From positions 1 to 42,241 of the forward strand of contig JAGVGS010000126.1 in NCBI GenBank assembly GCA_020057015.1: 42,241 nucleotides of DNA. Direction: 5' to 3'. This document shows, one piece after another, positions 27,539 through 35,934 of the stretch (positions are counted from its first letter, which is position 1; every line of letters starts with the position of its first letter). The notes under the pieces were generated by a model that did not search any database, had not been told where the DNA came from, and saw only the letters and a program-made list of their open reading frames with translations. This DNA is from Candidatus Omnitrophota bacterium (lineage in GTDB: Bacteria; Omnitrophota; Gorgyraeia; Aquiviventales; Aquiviventaceae). The position numbers were made by a program, and so were the translations under genes.

Positions 27539-27698
27539 TACAGAATCACGCGATCGTCTCTTGCAGACCACCCTGAAGTTTCACCCGACGCTCCCTCCCC
27601 AGTCGCGCTTGGCGGTCGCGTCTATTCAAGGCTAGCTAGATGCCCGCCGGGCAGACTTGGGTGCGCTGAGGGTTGTAGTCATGCGTGTCATTGCTCTG

Positions 27699-27875
27699 CT
27701 AAAACAACGTGTAGATAAACGGAGCCACGGCCGAACTTTGGCTAAACATGACAAGACCGACAAATAGCAACAGCACTACCACCATCGGAATCATCCACCA
27801 GATCCGCTCCCGCCAAAGATACTGCAATAACCGACCGATAACTCCGGCCCGTAACACCGCACCGCGTAATCCCAT
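27699..27875 (-). CDS. Small membrane protein, DUF5989 / SxtK-like (58 aa)
   Basis: Not in the supplied track (under 60 aa). ATG 27875 has AGGAG 5 nt upstream. Translation: MGLRGAVLRAGVIGRLLQYLWRERIWWMIPMVVVLLLFVGLVMFSQSSAVAPFIYTLF. It has one TM helix and the C-terminal APFIYTLF tail that I recall as typical of DUF5989 proteins, which sit next to carbamoyltransferases. Confidence 0.75.
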   Translation of the reverse strand: MGLRGAVLRAGVIGRLLQYLWRERIWWMIPMVVVLLLFVGLVMFSQSSAVAPFIYTLF

Positions 27876-27883
27876 CCTAGCTC

Positions 27884-29716
27884 CTATCGCTGCACAGCAG
27901 CCGTGGCCTTTGCGACAGCACCCGGCAGCTCGATTGACGATTTCTTGACCAGATGATCACCCAGGACCAGCCAATCGATGCCGCTGGCTAAGAACGTCTT
28001 AATGGCATCGGCTGGGGTATTGACCATCGGCTCGCCTCGTAGGTTAAACGACGTGTTGAGCACGACCGGCACGCCGGTCCGGTCCGCAAACCGGCTGATT
28101 AGTTCCGCGTACCGGGGGTTGGTCTTGCGCGAGACCGCCTGCATGCGTCCGGTGCCATCAGCATGCGTCACCGCAGGAATGACCGCGCGCTTCTCTGGAC
28201 GCACGTCTGCCACGTAGAGCATGAACTGTGCGGGGTAATGGCGCTCCGGCTCCTGGAAGTCCATGTACTCAGGGACAGCCTCCATCAGAATCGAGGGAGC
28301 GAAGGGACGAAACGGCTCACGGAACTTGATCTTCTCATTGACGATCAACTTCATGTCAGCCCGTCGGGGGTCGGCTAGGATGCTGCGGTTACCTAGCGCG
28401 CGCGGGCCCCATTCTGAACGGCCCTGGTACCAGCCCACTACCAGTCCATCAGCGAGTGCCCCGGCCACTTGGTCCAATAGCTCCCGGTCATCGCTCAGCC
28501 GCTGCGCCGAGAGCCCGCGCTCACGCAATGCGGCCTCAATCTGTCCCTCGCTGTAGCCCCCGCCCCAGTAGGCATGCTCCATGACAAAGGTGCGAGGCTG
28601 CTGCAGCAGCACGTGGTGTACCCAGAGAGCCGCTCCGACAGCGCCCCCAGAATCGCCGGCCGCCGGCTGGATGTAGATCTCCTTAAACGGCGTTTCACGC
28701 AGCAACCGTCCGTTCGCCACGCTGTTGTACGCGACACCGCCCGCAACGCACAGCTTCGATAAACCAGTGTCCTTGTGCAGCTGCCGCGCGATGCTCAGGA
28801 GGGCTTCTTCGGTGGCCAGCTGAATGCTGGCGGCTACATCGGCGTAGTACTCGTTCTGCTTCAGCGCGCGCGTATCCCACGTCTCTGGTAGCCCGCTGCT
28901 GCGCGTGTAGAACTCAGACTCCGGCACCCGCGGCTCGCCGAAAAGGCCCACTAGCTTCGGGCTGAACGAGTGCCGATCCGAATAGTGATAGCTTAGATAC
29001 GACAGGTCTAACTGGAAGCCTCCGTCCGCATCCTGGTGCAGAATTTTGGCGACCTTGTCCAGGTACCGCGGCGTGCCGTAGGGCGCCATGCCCATGACTT
29101 TGTACTCACCCTCATTTACCTCGAAGCCGAGGAAAGCAGTGAAGGCTGAGTACAGCAGCCCCAGCGAATGCGGGAACCGGATTTCTTTTGTCAGGACCAG
29201 CTCGTTGCGCCCCTGCCCATTCCAGGTGGCGCGTCCGTAGCCCACGGCCGTGGTCGTCCATTCGCCCACCCCATCGACTGTCAGCACCGCGGCTTCGCGG
29301 TAGGGCGAACAGAAGAATGCACTGGCTGCATGCGAGAGATGGTGCTCTGAGAATAGGATACGCTCCCCCGGAATGCCCAGGCGCTCCTGGATCAGGTTGC
29401 GCGTCCAGAGCTTCTCCTTCAGCCACTGGCTCATGGCCTCGGCAAAGGGCCGCCACGAGCGCGGGTAGGTGGCCACACTGGTTTGCAGGATGCGCTGGAA
29501 TTTTACGAAAGGCTTCTCGTAGAACACGACATAATCGAGCTCCTGCGGGCGGATCCCGGCCTGCTGCAGGCAGAACTGAATGGCCAGGTCTGGAAACCTG
29601 AAGTCATGCTTCTTGCGGGAGAAACGCTCCTCCTCGGCGCACGCCACCAGCTGGCCATCGCGCAGCAGTGCTGCCGCCGCGTCGTGGAAATAGCAGGAAA
29701 TGCCGAGGATATGCAT
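27884..29716 (-). CDS. NodU/CmcH-family carbamoyltransferase
   Basis: 610 aa. MHILGISCYFHDAAAALLRDGQLVACAEEERFSRKKHD N-terminal domain, and VLNTSFNLRGEPMVNTP C-terminal domain. Confidence 0.9.
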   Translation of the reverse strand: MHILGISCYFHDAAAALLRDGQLVACAEEERFSRKKHDFRFPDLAIQFCLQQAGIRPQELDYVVFYEKPFVKFQRILQTSVATYPRSWRPFAEAMSQWLKEKLWTRNLIQERLGIPGERILFSEHHLSHAASAFFCSPYREAAVLTVDGVGEWTTTAVGYGRATWNGQGRNELVLTKEIRFPHSLGLLYSAFTAFLGFEVNEGEYKVMGMAPYGTPRYLDKVAKILHQDADGGFQLDLSYLSYHYSDRHSFSPKLVGLFGEPRVPESEFYTRSSGLPETWDTRALKQNEYYADVAASIQLATEEALLSIARQLHKDTGLSKLCVAGGVAYNSVANGRLLRETPFKEIYIQPAAGDSGGAVGAALWVHHVLLQQPRTFVMEHAYWGGGYSEGQIEAALRERGLSAQRLSDDRELLDQVAGALADGLVVGWYQGRSEWGPRALGNRSILADPRRADMKLIVNEKIKFREPFRPFAPSILMEAVPEYMDFQEPERHYPAQFMLYVADVRPEKRAVIPAVTHADGTGRMQAVSRKTNPRYAELISRFADRTGVPVVLNTSFNLRGEPMVNTPADAIKTFLASGIDWLVLGDHLVKKSSIELPGAVAKATAAVQR

Positions 29717-29721
29717 CTGCG

Positions 29722-30108
29722 TCAGCCTTCCAGCCTGGCCGCGTCGAGCGTATCCGGCAGCGATGCACGCGGCACCCAGCGCGAGCCCTCGCGCCGGCGC
29801 ACCATCAACGGGTCAGCCATCAGCCGCACGAACACCGCGAAAGGCAGCAGGACCACGAAATATACGCCGGTCATCACCCAGGTGCCCAAGATCCCGAGGA
29901 CGCGCATCACCCGTGGGGCTAGCCATCGGCCCCAGGGCAGCAGACCCAATGCTATGCAGGCCATCGTAATCACGCGGGCGACCCAACCGGTGAAGAGGTG
30001 ATGCCCGATGCTGTGCGCCACGCGCCAGATACCCATCGCATAGCAGACAAACAGGATGGTCAGCGCGATCTCGCGGCTTTGCCTGCGGGTGGAACGCGGA
30101 TTATCCAT
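29722..30108 (-). CDS. SxtJ-like small membrane protein
   Basis: 128 aa with 3-4 hydrophobic helices. The tail [28 protein letters not shown] resembles SxtJ-family proteins, and the gene lies immediately upstream of the carbamoyltransferase. 8-nt overlap with the UXS stop. Confidence 0.6.
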   Translation of the reverse strand: MDNPRSTRRQSREIALTILFVCYAMGIWRVAHSIGHHLFTGWVARVITMACIALGLLPWGRWLAPRVMRVLGILGTWVMTGVYFVVLLPFAVFVRLMADPLMVRRREGSRWVPRASLPDTLDAARLEG

Positions 30109-31060
30109 GCGTCGGTTTTACGTTCTCCAGCATCATCGCCTGCCGAAACCATGCCACGGTCTTGGGCAAGCCCTCCTGCAGCCGCATCGTCGGCTCCCAC
30201 TTCAGCAGCCGGCGCGCCAGGCTGATATCCGGCTGACGCTGCTTCGGATCATCCTGCGGCAGGGACTGGAACACGATGCGGCTCTTGCTGCCGGTTGCGT
30301 GCAGCACCTGCTCGGCCAGCTCCAAGATCGTAAACTCTTCAGGATTGCCTATATTGACCGGGTCATGATAATCCGAAGCCGCCAGCCGCATAATGCCCTC
30401 GACCAAGTCATCAACATAGCAAAACGAGCGCGTTTGCTTACCATCACCAAACGCGGTCAGCGGCTCGCCGCGCAATGCCTGGCTGATGAACGCTGGAATC
30501 GCCCGGCCATCCGCCAGCCGCATCCGGGGCCCAAATGTATTAAAGATACGCACGATCCGCGTATCCACGCCATGCGCGCGATGGTAGGCCATCGTCATCG
30601 CCTCGGCAAACCGCTTGGCTTCGTCGTACACTCCGCGCGGCCCAACCGGATTGACATGGCCCCAGTAACTTTCCACCTGAGGATGCACATGAGGATCGCC
30701 GTAGACTTCAGAGGTCGAGGCCAGCAGGAACTTGGCCTTCTTAGCCTTGGCAATCCCTAGCGCGTTGAGCGTGCCCAACGAACCCACCTTGAGCGTTTGG
30801 ATGGGGAATTTCAGATAATCGATTGGGCTGGCTGGAGAGGCAAAATGCAGGATAAGGTCGATCGCCCCTTCTGGGACGATCGGCTTGCTAATATCGTGCC
30901 GGATGAGCTGAAAAGCACGATTGGCAGCAAGGTGGGCAATATTGCGTTCGCTGCCGGTGATGAAGTTATCAATGCATAACACCGCATCGCCGGCAGCCAG
31001 GTATTGATCGCACAGATGCGAGCCAATGAAGCCAGCCCCTCCGGTGATCAGTACTCTCAT
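30101..31060 (-). CDS. uxs: UDP-glucuronate decarboxylase (UDP-xylose synthase)
   Basis: Collinear with the UXS family throughout: [96 protein letters not shown] overlap at 31057-31060. Confidence 0.92.
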   Translation of the reverse strand: MRVLITGGAGFIGSHLCDQYLAAGDAVLCIDNFITGSERNIAHLAANRAFQLIRHDISKPIVPEGAIDLILHFASPASPIDYLKFPIQTLKVGSLGTLNALGIAKAKKAKFLLASTSEVYGDPHVHPQVESYWGHVNPVGPRGVYDEAKRFAEAMTMAYHRAHGVDTRIVRIFNTFGPRMRLADGRAIPAFISQALRGEPLTAFGDGKQTRSFCYVDDLVEGIMRLAASDYHDPVNIGNPEEFTILELAEQVLHATGSKSRIVFQSLPQDDPKQRQPDISLARRLLKWEPTMRLQEGLPKTVAWFRQAMMLENVKPTHG

Positions 31061-31380
31061 ATGCCGGCTCGGACCGTGGCGGCTTCAGGATCTTGGGCGC
31101 TGGATGCGGCATCTACGCCCGGCGGCGATTGGGCGGCTGAAGCCTCGAGACGGCGCAACAGCCTAATACCCCGGTGCTTATTGGGGGTGCGCTTGATGAA
31201 ACCCCGGCGCTCCAGGGCGTTAAGCCGATCCACCGCGGATTTGTAGGAGGCGATCTGACAACCCGCCTGGATCTCACGGATGAGGGGACCTTGCCGGTGC
31301 TCGGCCATGAACTGCCGAACAAAATCCAGCACGATCTGCTGCTTGTGAGTAACGATACACCTTGGCAGGAAAGCTCCCAA
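31057..31380 (-). CDS. LexA-type winged-helix DNA-binding domain protein without an S24 peptidase domain (putative cluster regulator)
   Basis: 107 aa. [65 protein letters not shown] aligns with the LexA N-terminal domain, and the tail is Ala/Ser/Pro-rich. The only in-frame start is the TTG at 31380, with no clear SD. Confidence 0.65.
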   Translation of the reverse strand: MGAFLPRCIVTHKQQIVLDFVRQFMAEHRQGPLIREIQAGCQIASYKSAVDRLNALERRGFIKRTPNKHRGIRLLRRLEASAAQSPPGVDAASSAQDPEAATVRAGI

Positions 31381-31419
31381 AGGAATAGTACAATATTTTA
31401 TTGCAACGAATAGAGGCTT

Positions 31420-31448
31420 AATTTAGCCTAGCGCTGAAGATACGTCAA
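31420..31448 (-). promoter_or_regulatory. Sigma70-type promoter: TTGACG - 17 nt - TAAATT
   Basis: The minus strand reads TCTTGACGTATCTTCAGCGCTAGGCTAAATTAAGCCTCTA, within an AT-rich 120-bp gap upstream of the LexA-like gene. An imperfect inverted repeat, TAGGCTAAA/TTAAGCCTC (31413-31430), overlaps the -10 element. Confidence 0.55.
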
Positions 31449-31500
31449 GACTTTTTGTCCCAAGCTTTCCACCGGAGATCGCTCACTTATGGTGATATTT

Positions 31501-32622
31501 TTAGGAAGCCGCTGCGAGTTGGGCGATGCGGGTAATCTGCTCGAGGGATAATTCTGGAAACATCGGCAAGGCAAGCAGTTCCTTCACTGCACTGTCGGCA
31601 TGGGCAAAGGCTTTGCCCTGCAATCCCAGCGCGCTTAAGGCCGGCTGGGCCGGTAATGTCGATGGATAATACACCTGGCAGCCGATCCCGGCACTAGTTA
31701 AGCGCGCTTTCACCTCATCGCGCCGTGTCGAGCGCACACAGAACTGGTGATACACGTGCTGATAGCCAGGCAGCTCCTTGGGCGTCTCAACCAGGGCCCC
31801 GGACTTGGCAAACGCCGCTCGGTACCGCTCAGCATTCGCCCGACGCGCGCTATTCCACGCATCCAGGTGCCGCAATTTGACCCGCAGGATCGCCGCCTGC
31901 AGCTCGTCCAATCGGCTATTGCGCCCCATCATGAGGTGCCAGTACTTCTCCTTGCTGCCGTGCACGCGCAGCAAGCGCACCTGATCAGCGGTCGCTTGAT
32001 AGTTCGTGACCACCATGCCTCCGTCGCCGTAGCCGCCCAGGTTTTTGGTCGGGAAGAAACTGAGCGCGCCGGCATCGCCGAAGGCCCCTGCCCGTCGCCC
32101 CTGGTACTCTGCGCCGATCGCTTGGGCGCAGTCTTCGATCACCTTAAGGCCATGGCGGTGCGCGATCGCCTGCAGCGCGTCAACCGCATAAGGGTGCCCA
32201 TAGAGATGGACCGGGAGAAGGGCTTTGGTCTTAGGCGTGACGGCCGCTGCCACCTGGTCGGGGTCGATGTTATACGTCGCGAGTTCAATGTCGACGAAGA
32301 CCGGGATGGCCCCGACGGCTACGATGGCTTCCGCCGTAGCGAAGAAACTGTAGGCCGTCGTGATGACCTCATCACCCGGACCGATGCCGCACGCGCGCAG
32401 GGCCAGCTCCAGCGCATCGGTGCCCGAGGCCACGCCGATGGCATGCCTTGTCCCGCAGTACGCTGCCACCTCGCGCTCCAGGACTTCCACCTCCGGCCCC
32501 AGGATGAATTGGCCGCGGTCGAGGACCTGCTGGATCGCTGTGTCGATTTCCGGCTTAATCGAGCGGTACTGCGCTCGGAGGTCGAGCAGCGGGATGGTTA
32601 GTGGGGCGCGGACTGACGTCAT
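31501..32622 (-). CDS. DegT/DnrJ/EryC1/StrS-family PLP-dependent sugar aminotransferase
   Basis: 373 aa. LPVHLYGHP, EDCAQAIGA, and the SFFPTKNLGGYGDGGMVV lysine motif. Its ATG overlaps the upstream TAA by 1 nt at 32622. Confidence 0.88.
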   Translation of the reverse strand: MTSVRAPLTIPLLDLRAQYRSIKPEIDTAIQQVLDRGQFILGPEVEVLEREVAAYCGTRHAIGVASGTDALELALRACGIGPGDEVITTAYSFFATAEAIVAVGAIPVFVDIELATYNIDPDQVAAAVTPKTKALLPVHLYGHPYAVDALQAIAHRHGLKVIEDCAQAIGAEYQGRRAGAFGDAGALSFFPTKNLGGYGDGGMVVTNYQATADQVRLLRVHGSKEKYWHLMMGRNSRLDELQAAILRVKLRHLDAWNSARRANAERYRAAFAKSGALVETPKELPGYQHVYHQFCVRSTRRDEVKARLTSAGIGCQVYYPSTLPAQPALSALGLQGKAFAHADSAVKELLALPMFPELSLEQITRIAQLAAAS

Positions 32623-33566
32623 TAAGCCACAGGATGCGCCTTAAACCATTCCACCGTCCGACGCAATCCCTCATCAAAGTTCACGCTGCCCTGCCACTTC
32701 AGCAGGTTCTGGGCCTTGCTCGCATCGGCATAGGTGCGGTACACGTCGCCAGCGCGCTTGGGCTGAAAGGCGGGCGGCACCGAGAGCCCCATGATCTTGT
32801 TCAGCCGCTCGAGCAGGTCGAGGACCGTGTGCTCTTCGCCCAGCGCCACGTTGAAGACTTGCGCATCGCCAACGCCCTTCACCTGCGAAGCGAGAATAGT
32901 CGCATCGGCTACATTGTCGACGTACGTGAAATCGCGCGACTGCTTGCCGTCGCCGTAGATCGGCGGCGACTGCCGCTTCAGCAGCGAGACGATAAACTTC
33001 GGGATAACCACCGCATAATCGTTCTCCAGGCTCTGGCGCGGCCCGAACACGTTGAAGTACCGCACCGCCACCGTTTCCAGCCCGAAGCCGCGATAGTACA
33101 ATCCGCAGAGCAGCTCGTCCATGAGCTTCGAGGCGGCATACGGCGAGACCGGGTTGGTCGGGTCCTGCTCCGTCATGGGGACTTTCGTGGCTTCGCCGTA
33201 GACCGAGCTCGAGGAGACCACCACCACGCGTTTGACCTTGTGCTGCACCGCCTGGTCCAGCAGGTTCGTCGTGCCCATCACGTTGACATCCATATAACCG
33301 TAGCTGTCGGCCATTGACTTCGGTACGCTGCGCCAGGCCGCCACGTGCAGGATGAATTCGATCCCGGCGCAGGCTTTGCCTATTAAGGCGCGATCGCGGA
33401 TATCGCCTTGCAGGAACTCCACCTTGTGGCGCACCTCGGCAAGATTCTCCAGCCGGCCCGAAGAGAGGTCATCGAGCACCCGGACCTGGTGTCCGGCCGC
33501 CACCAGCCGGTCGGTGATATGCGACCCGATGAACCCCGCTCCGCCCGTCACCAAATAGCGACTCAT
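32622..33566 (-). CDS. WbpP/TviC-like NAD-dependent UDP-N-acetylhexosamine (uronate) 4-epimerase
   Basis: [62 protein letters not shown]. Start re-called to ATG 33566, with AAGGAG 6 nt upstream. The track start 33680 overlaps the upstream gene by 104 nt. Confidence 0.85.
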   Translation of the reverse strand: MSRYLVTGGAGFIGSHITDRLVAAGHQVRVLDDLSSGRLENLAEVRHKVEFLQGDIRDRALIGKACAGIEFILHVAAWRSVPKSMADSYGYMDVNVMGTTNLLDQAVQHKVKRVVVVSSSSVYGEATKVPMTEQDPTNPVSPYAASKLMDELLCGLYYRGFGLETVAVRYFNVFGPRQSLENDYAVVIPKFIVSLLKRQSPPIYGDGKQSRDFTYVDNVADATILASQVKGVGDAQVFNVALGEEHTVLDLLERLNKIMGLSVPPAFQPKRAGDVYRTYADASKAQNLLKWQGSVNFDEGLRRTVEWFKAHPVA

Positions 33567-33576
33567 GGTAGGCTCC

Positions 33577-34920
33577 TTAGAGTTTGATGATCTTGGGCGA
33601 GCGCTTGCCCAGCGACCCGTACAAGTTGCGCGTATCCACGATGACCGGCAGATGCCGGAGCACCAGTTCATAGTTGACATGCGAGTGGTTGGTCAGCAGC
33701 ACCGCCGCGCTGCAACGCTTGAGGGCCGCGGCGGTTAGCGGCAGCGAGCGGGCTTTGGCTCCGTTCAGCTCCATCGTCGGGACGTAGGGATCATGGTAGA
33801 CGACGTCGGCCCCCTTGTCCTTGAGAATCCGCGCCACATCATAGGAAGGAGAGTCGCGCAAGTCGCCAACATCCTTCTTGTAGGCCATGCCCAGCAACAG
33901 CACCCGCGCGCCCCGCAGCGCCTGGCGCTTGGCATTGAGGGCCTCGGAGACCTTGTTCACCACGTAGCGCGGCATGGCGGTGTTGATTTGGGTGGCCAGC
34001 TCGATGAAGCGCGCCTCTTCCCCGAAGCTGCGCACCTTCCAGGCCAGGTACATCGGATCCGAGGGAATGCAGTGCCCGCCGATCCCAGGGCCGGGATAAA
34101 AGGGCATGAAGCCGAAGGGCTTGGTCTTGGCCGCATCGATGACTTCCCACACATCGATCCCCATCCGATCGCAAATAAGGGCGATCTCGTTGACCAGGCC
34201 GATATTCACCGCGCGGAACGTATTCTCCAAGAGCTTGACCATTTCCGCCGCCTTGGCAGAGCCCACGGGCACCGTCCGCTGAATCGCCGTGCCGTACAGC
34301 GCCGTGGCCAGGCGCGTGCACACGGGCGTGATGCCGCCGATCACCTTGGGGATGTTGCGGGTCTGGTAGGTGGGGTTGCCTGGGTCGATCCGCTCCGGAG
34401 AAAACGCCAGGCTGAAGTCCCGCCCGACGACCAGGCCCCGGGCCTGCATGGCCGGCAGGATCACCTCGTCGGTCGTCCCGGGATACGTGGTGCTCTCCAG
34501 CACGATGAGCTGCCCGCGGCGCGCGCGGCGCGCGATCTGCTCGGTGGCCGAGACGATGTACGACATATCCGGCTCGCGGGTCTTGCGCAGCGGCGTGGGC
34601 ACGCAGATGATGATCGCGTCCTGCTGCCCCAGCACGTCAAACGACGAGGTGGCCTGCAGCCGGCCGCTCTTGTGCAGCCGACGCAGCTCCTCATTCGGGA
34701 CATCCTCGATGTAGGAGCGCCCGCGGTTGACCCCCTGCACGCGGCGCGCATCCAGGTCGATGCCGGTGACGCGAAAGCCTTCCTTGGCGAACTCGATGCA
34801 CAACGGCAGCCCGACGTACCCTAACCCGATCACCCCAATGCGTGCTTGGCGCCGGGCAATCCGGCGGGCTAATTGGCCCAGCGGGCCCGTGCTCGGTACG
34901 CCTGCCCCACCTCGTGCCAT
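33577..34920 (-). CDS. Nucleotide-sugar 6-dehydrogenase of the UDP-GlcNAc/UDP-ManNAc dehydrogenase (WbpO/TviB/WecC) type
   Basis: 447 aa. IGVIGLGYVGLPLCIEFAKEGFRVTGIDLD, and the catalytic-Cys region GGHCIPSDP. GAGGAGG lies 7 nt upstream of ATG 34920. Confidence 0.88.
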   Translation of the reverse strand: MARGGAGVPSTGPLGQLARRIARRQARIGVIGLGYVGLPLCIEFAKEGFRVTGIDLDARRVQGVNRGRSYIEDVPNEELRRLHKSGRLQATSSFDVLGQQDAIIICVPTPLRKTREPDMSYIVSATEQIARRARRGQLIVLESTTYPGTTDEVILPAMQARGLVVGRDFSLAFSPERIDPGNPTYQTRNIPKVIGGITPVCTRLATALYGTAIQRTVPVGSAKAAEMVKLLENTFRAVNIGLVNEIALICDRMGIDVWEVIDAAKTKPFGFMPFYPGPGIGGHCIPSDPMYLAWKVRSFGEEARFIELATQINTAMPRYVVNKVSEALNAKRQALRGARVLLLGMAYKKDVGDLRDSPSYDVARILKDKGADVVYHDPYVPTMELNGAKARSLPLTAAALKRCSAAVLLTNHSHVNYELVLRHLPVIVDTRNLYGSLGKRSPKIIKL

Positions 34921-34932
34921 GATGCAGCCTCC

Positions 34933-35913
34933 TCAACTACCGCGTCGGTTCTTTGATGCTCCAAGCAACGGTTCCCACCAGGCACGGTGCGCCTGGTACC
35001 ACGCCACAGTGCGCTGCAGCCCCTGCGCCCACGAAACTTTGGGCCGCCAGCCGAGCGCGCGCAGCCGCTGATCCTCCATGGCGTAGCGCCGGTCATGCCC
35101 CAGGCGATCGGAGACAAAAGCCAATGCCTCTGCCGAGGCTCCCGCAGCCGCCAGGACCGCTTGCACCGTGGCGAGGTTCGTTTGCTCCGTGCCGCTGGCG
35201 ATATTATAAATGCTGCCGACTTGTCCCTGCCGGATCACCACCTCGAGCGCCGAGCAAAAATCATCCACGTACAGCCACATCCGCCGCTGCTGTCCGTCGC
35301 CATATACCGGCACGCTCTGGCCCTGCAGCGCGCGCGCGGCAGCTAGAGCGATGAGCTTTTCCGGCCATTGGCCGGGCCCAAAAATATTCGTGGGCCGGAC
35401 AATCAACACTGGCAGCGCGTAGTTCTGGTGAAAAACTTGTGCCAGCAAATCGGCCCCGGCCTTGCTCACCGCATACGGGTTGCGCGGCCGCAGCGGCGCG
35501 CTCTCATCAACCGCCCCGGTGAGGATGGGCCCGTACACCTCATCCGTGCTGACATGCACGAGGCGGGCCACCCGGCCCTCGCGGACTTGCTGCAGCACGA
35601 CATGCGTGCCTTCGATGTTCGTGCGCAAGAAACGGCTGGCGTCCGCGAGCGATCGATCGACGTGCGTCTCCGCGGCAAAATGCACCACCACCTCGCAACC
35701 GCTTAGCGCGCGGCGTACGGCCGCAGGATCGCACACATCGCCATGCCAAAATTGGTAGCGACCCGGCGAAGGCAACGGCCCCAGCCGGTCAATTGATCCG
35801 GCATAGGTCAGTGCATCCAAATTGCAGAGCTCATCCTGAGGATGCTGCCGACGCCACCACTGCAGAAAATGCGCCCCTAGAAATCCCGCGCCGCCGGTGA
35901 CGCCGAGCTTCAT
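34933..35913 (-). CDS. rfbB: dTDP-glucose 4,6-dehydratase-like (RmlB/RfbB family)
   Basis: MKLGVTGGAGFLG, LDALTYAGS, HFAAETHVDRSL, VSTDEVYG, NPYAVSKAG, NIFGPGQWPEKLI, YGDGQQRRMWLYVDD. Confidence 0.85.
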   Translation of the reverse strand: MKLGVTGGAGFLGAHFLQWWRRQHPQDELCNLDALTYAGSIDRLGPLPSPGRYQFWHGDVCDPAAVRRALSGCEVVVHFAAETHVDRSLADASRFLRTNIEGTHVVLQQVREGRVARLVHVSTDEVYGPILTGAVDESAPLRPRNPYAVSKAGADLLAQVFHQNYALPVLIVRPTNIFGPGQWPEKLIALAAARALQGQSVPVYGDGQQRRMWLYVDDFCSALEVVIRQGQVGSIYNIASGTEQTNLATVQAVLAAAGASAEALAFVSDRLGHDRRYAMEDQRLRALGWRPKVSWAQGLQRTVAWYQAHRAWWEPLLGASKNRRGS

Positions 35914-35934
35914 ACCCGCTGCCGAGACGCCGCG

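Noticed and set aside
27540-27600. A 12-codon mini-ORF (GTG AAA CTT CAG GGT GGT CTG CAA GAG ACG ATC GCG TGA on the minus strand) preceded by GGGAGGGAG, as a possible leader peptide.
   Set aside because: There is no evidence beyond an SD-like purine run. It shows no codon bias for a regulatory amino acid and no terminator/antiterminator pair.
27641-27653. The palindrome TGCCCGCCGGGCA, 46 nt downstream of the small ORF stop, as a possible intrinsic terminator.
   Set aside because: The stem is only 4-5 bp once a 3-nt loop is allowed, and no U-tract follows on the minus-strand transcript.
33567-33680. Longest-ORF N-terminal extensions in the track. This example is the epimerase; the others are 18556-18699, 22066-22137, 23756-23902, 4833-4892, 16519-16542 and 22854-22979.
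   Set aside because: Each extension overlaps the preceding gene. Each is replaced by an internal start that either forms an ATGA/TGATG coupling or has a good SD, and that restores the normal distance to the N-terminal family motif (for example [16 protein letters not shown]). The evidence for 22853 is the weakest.
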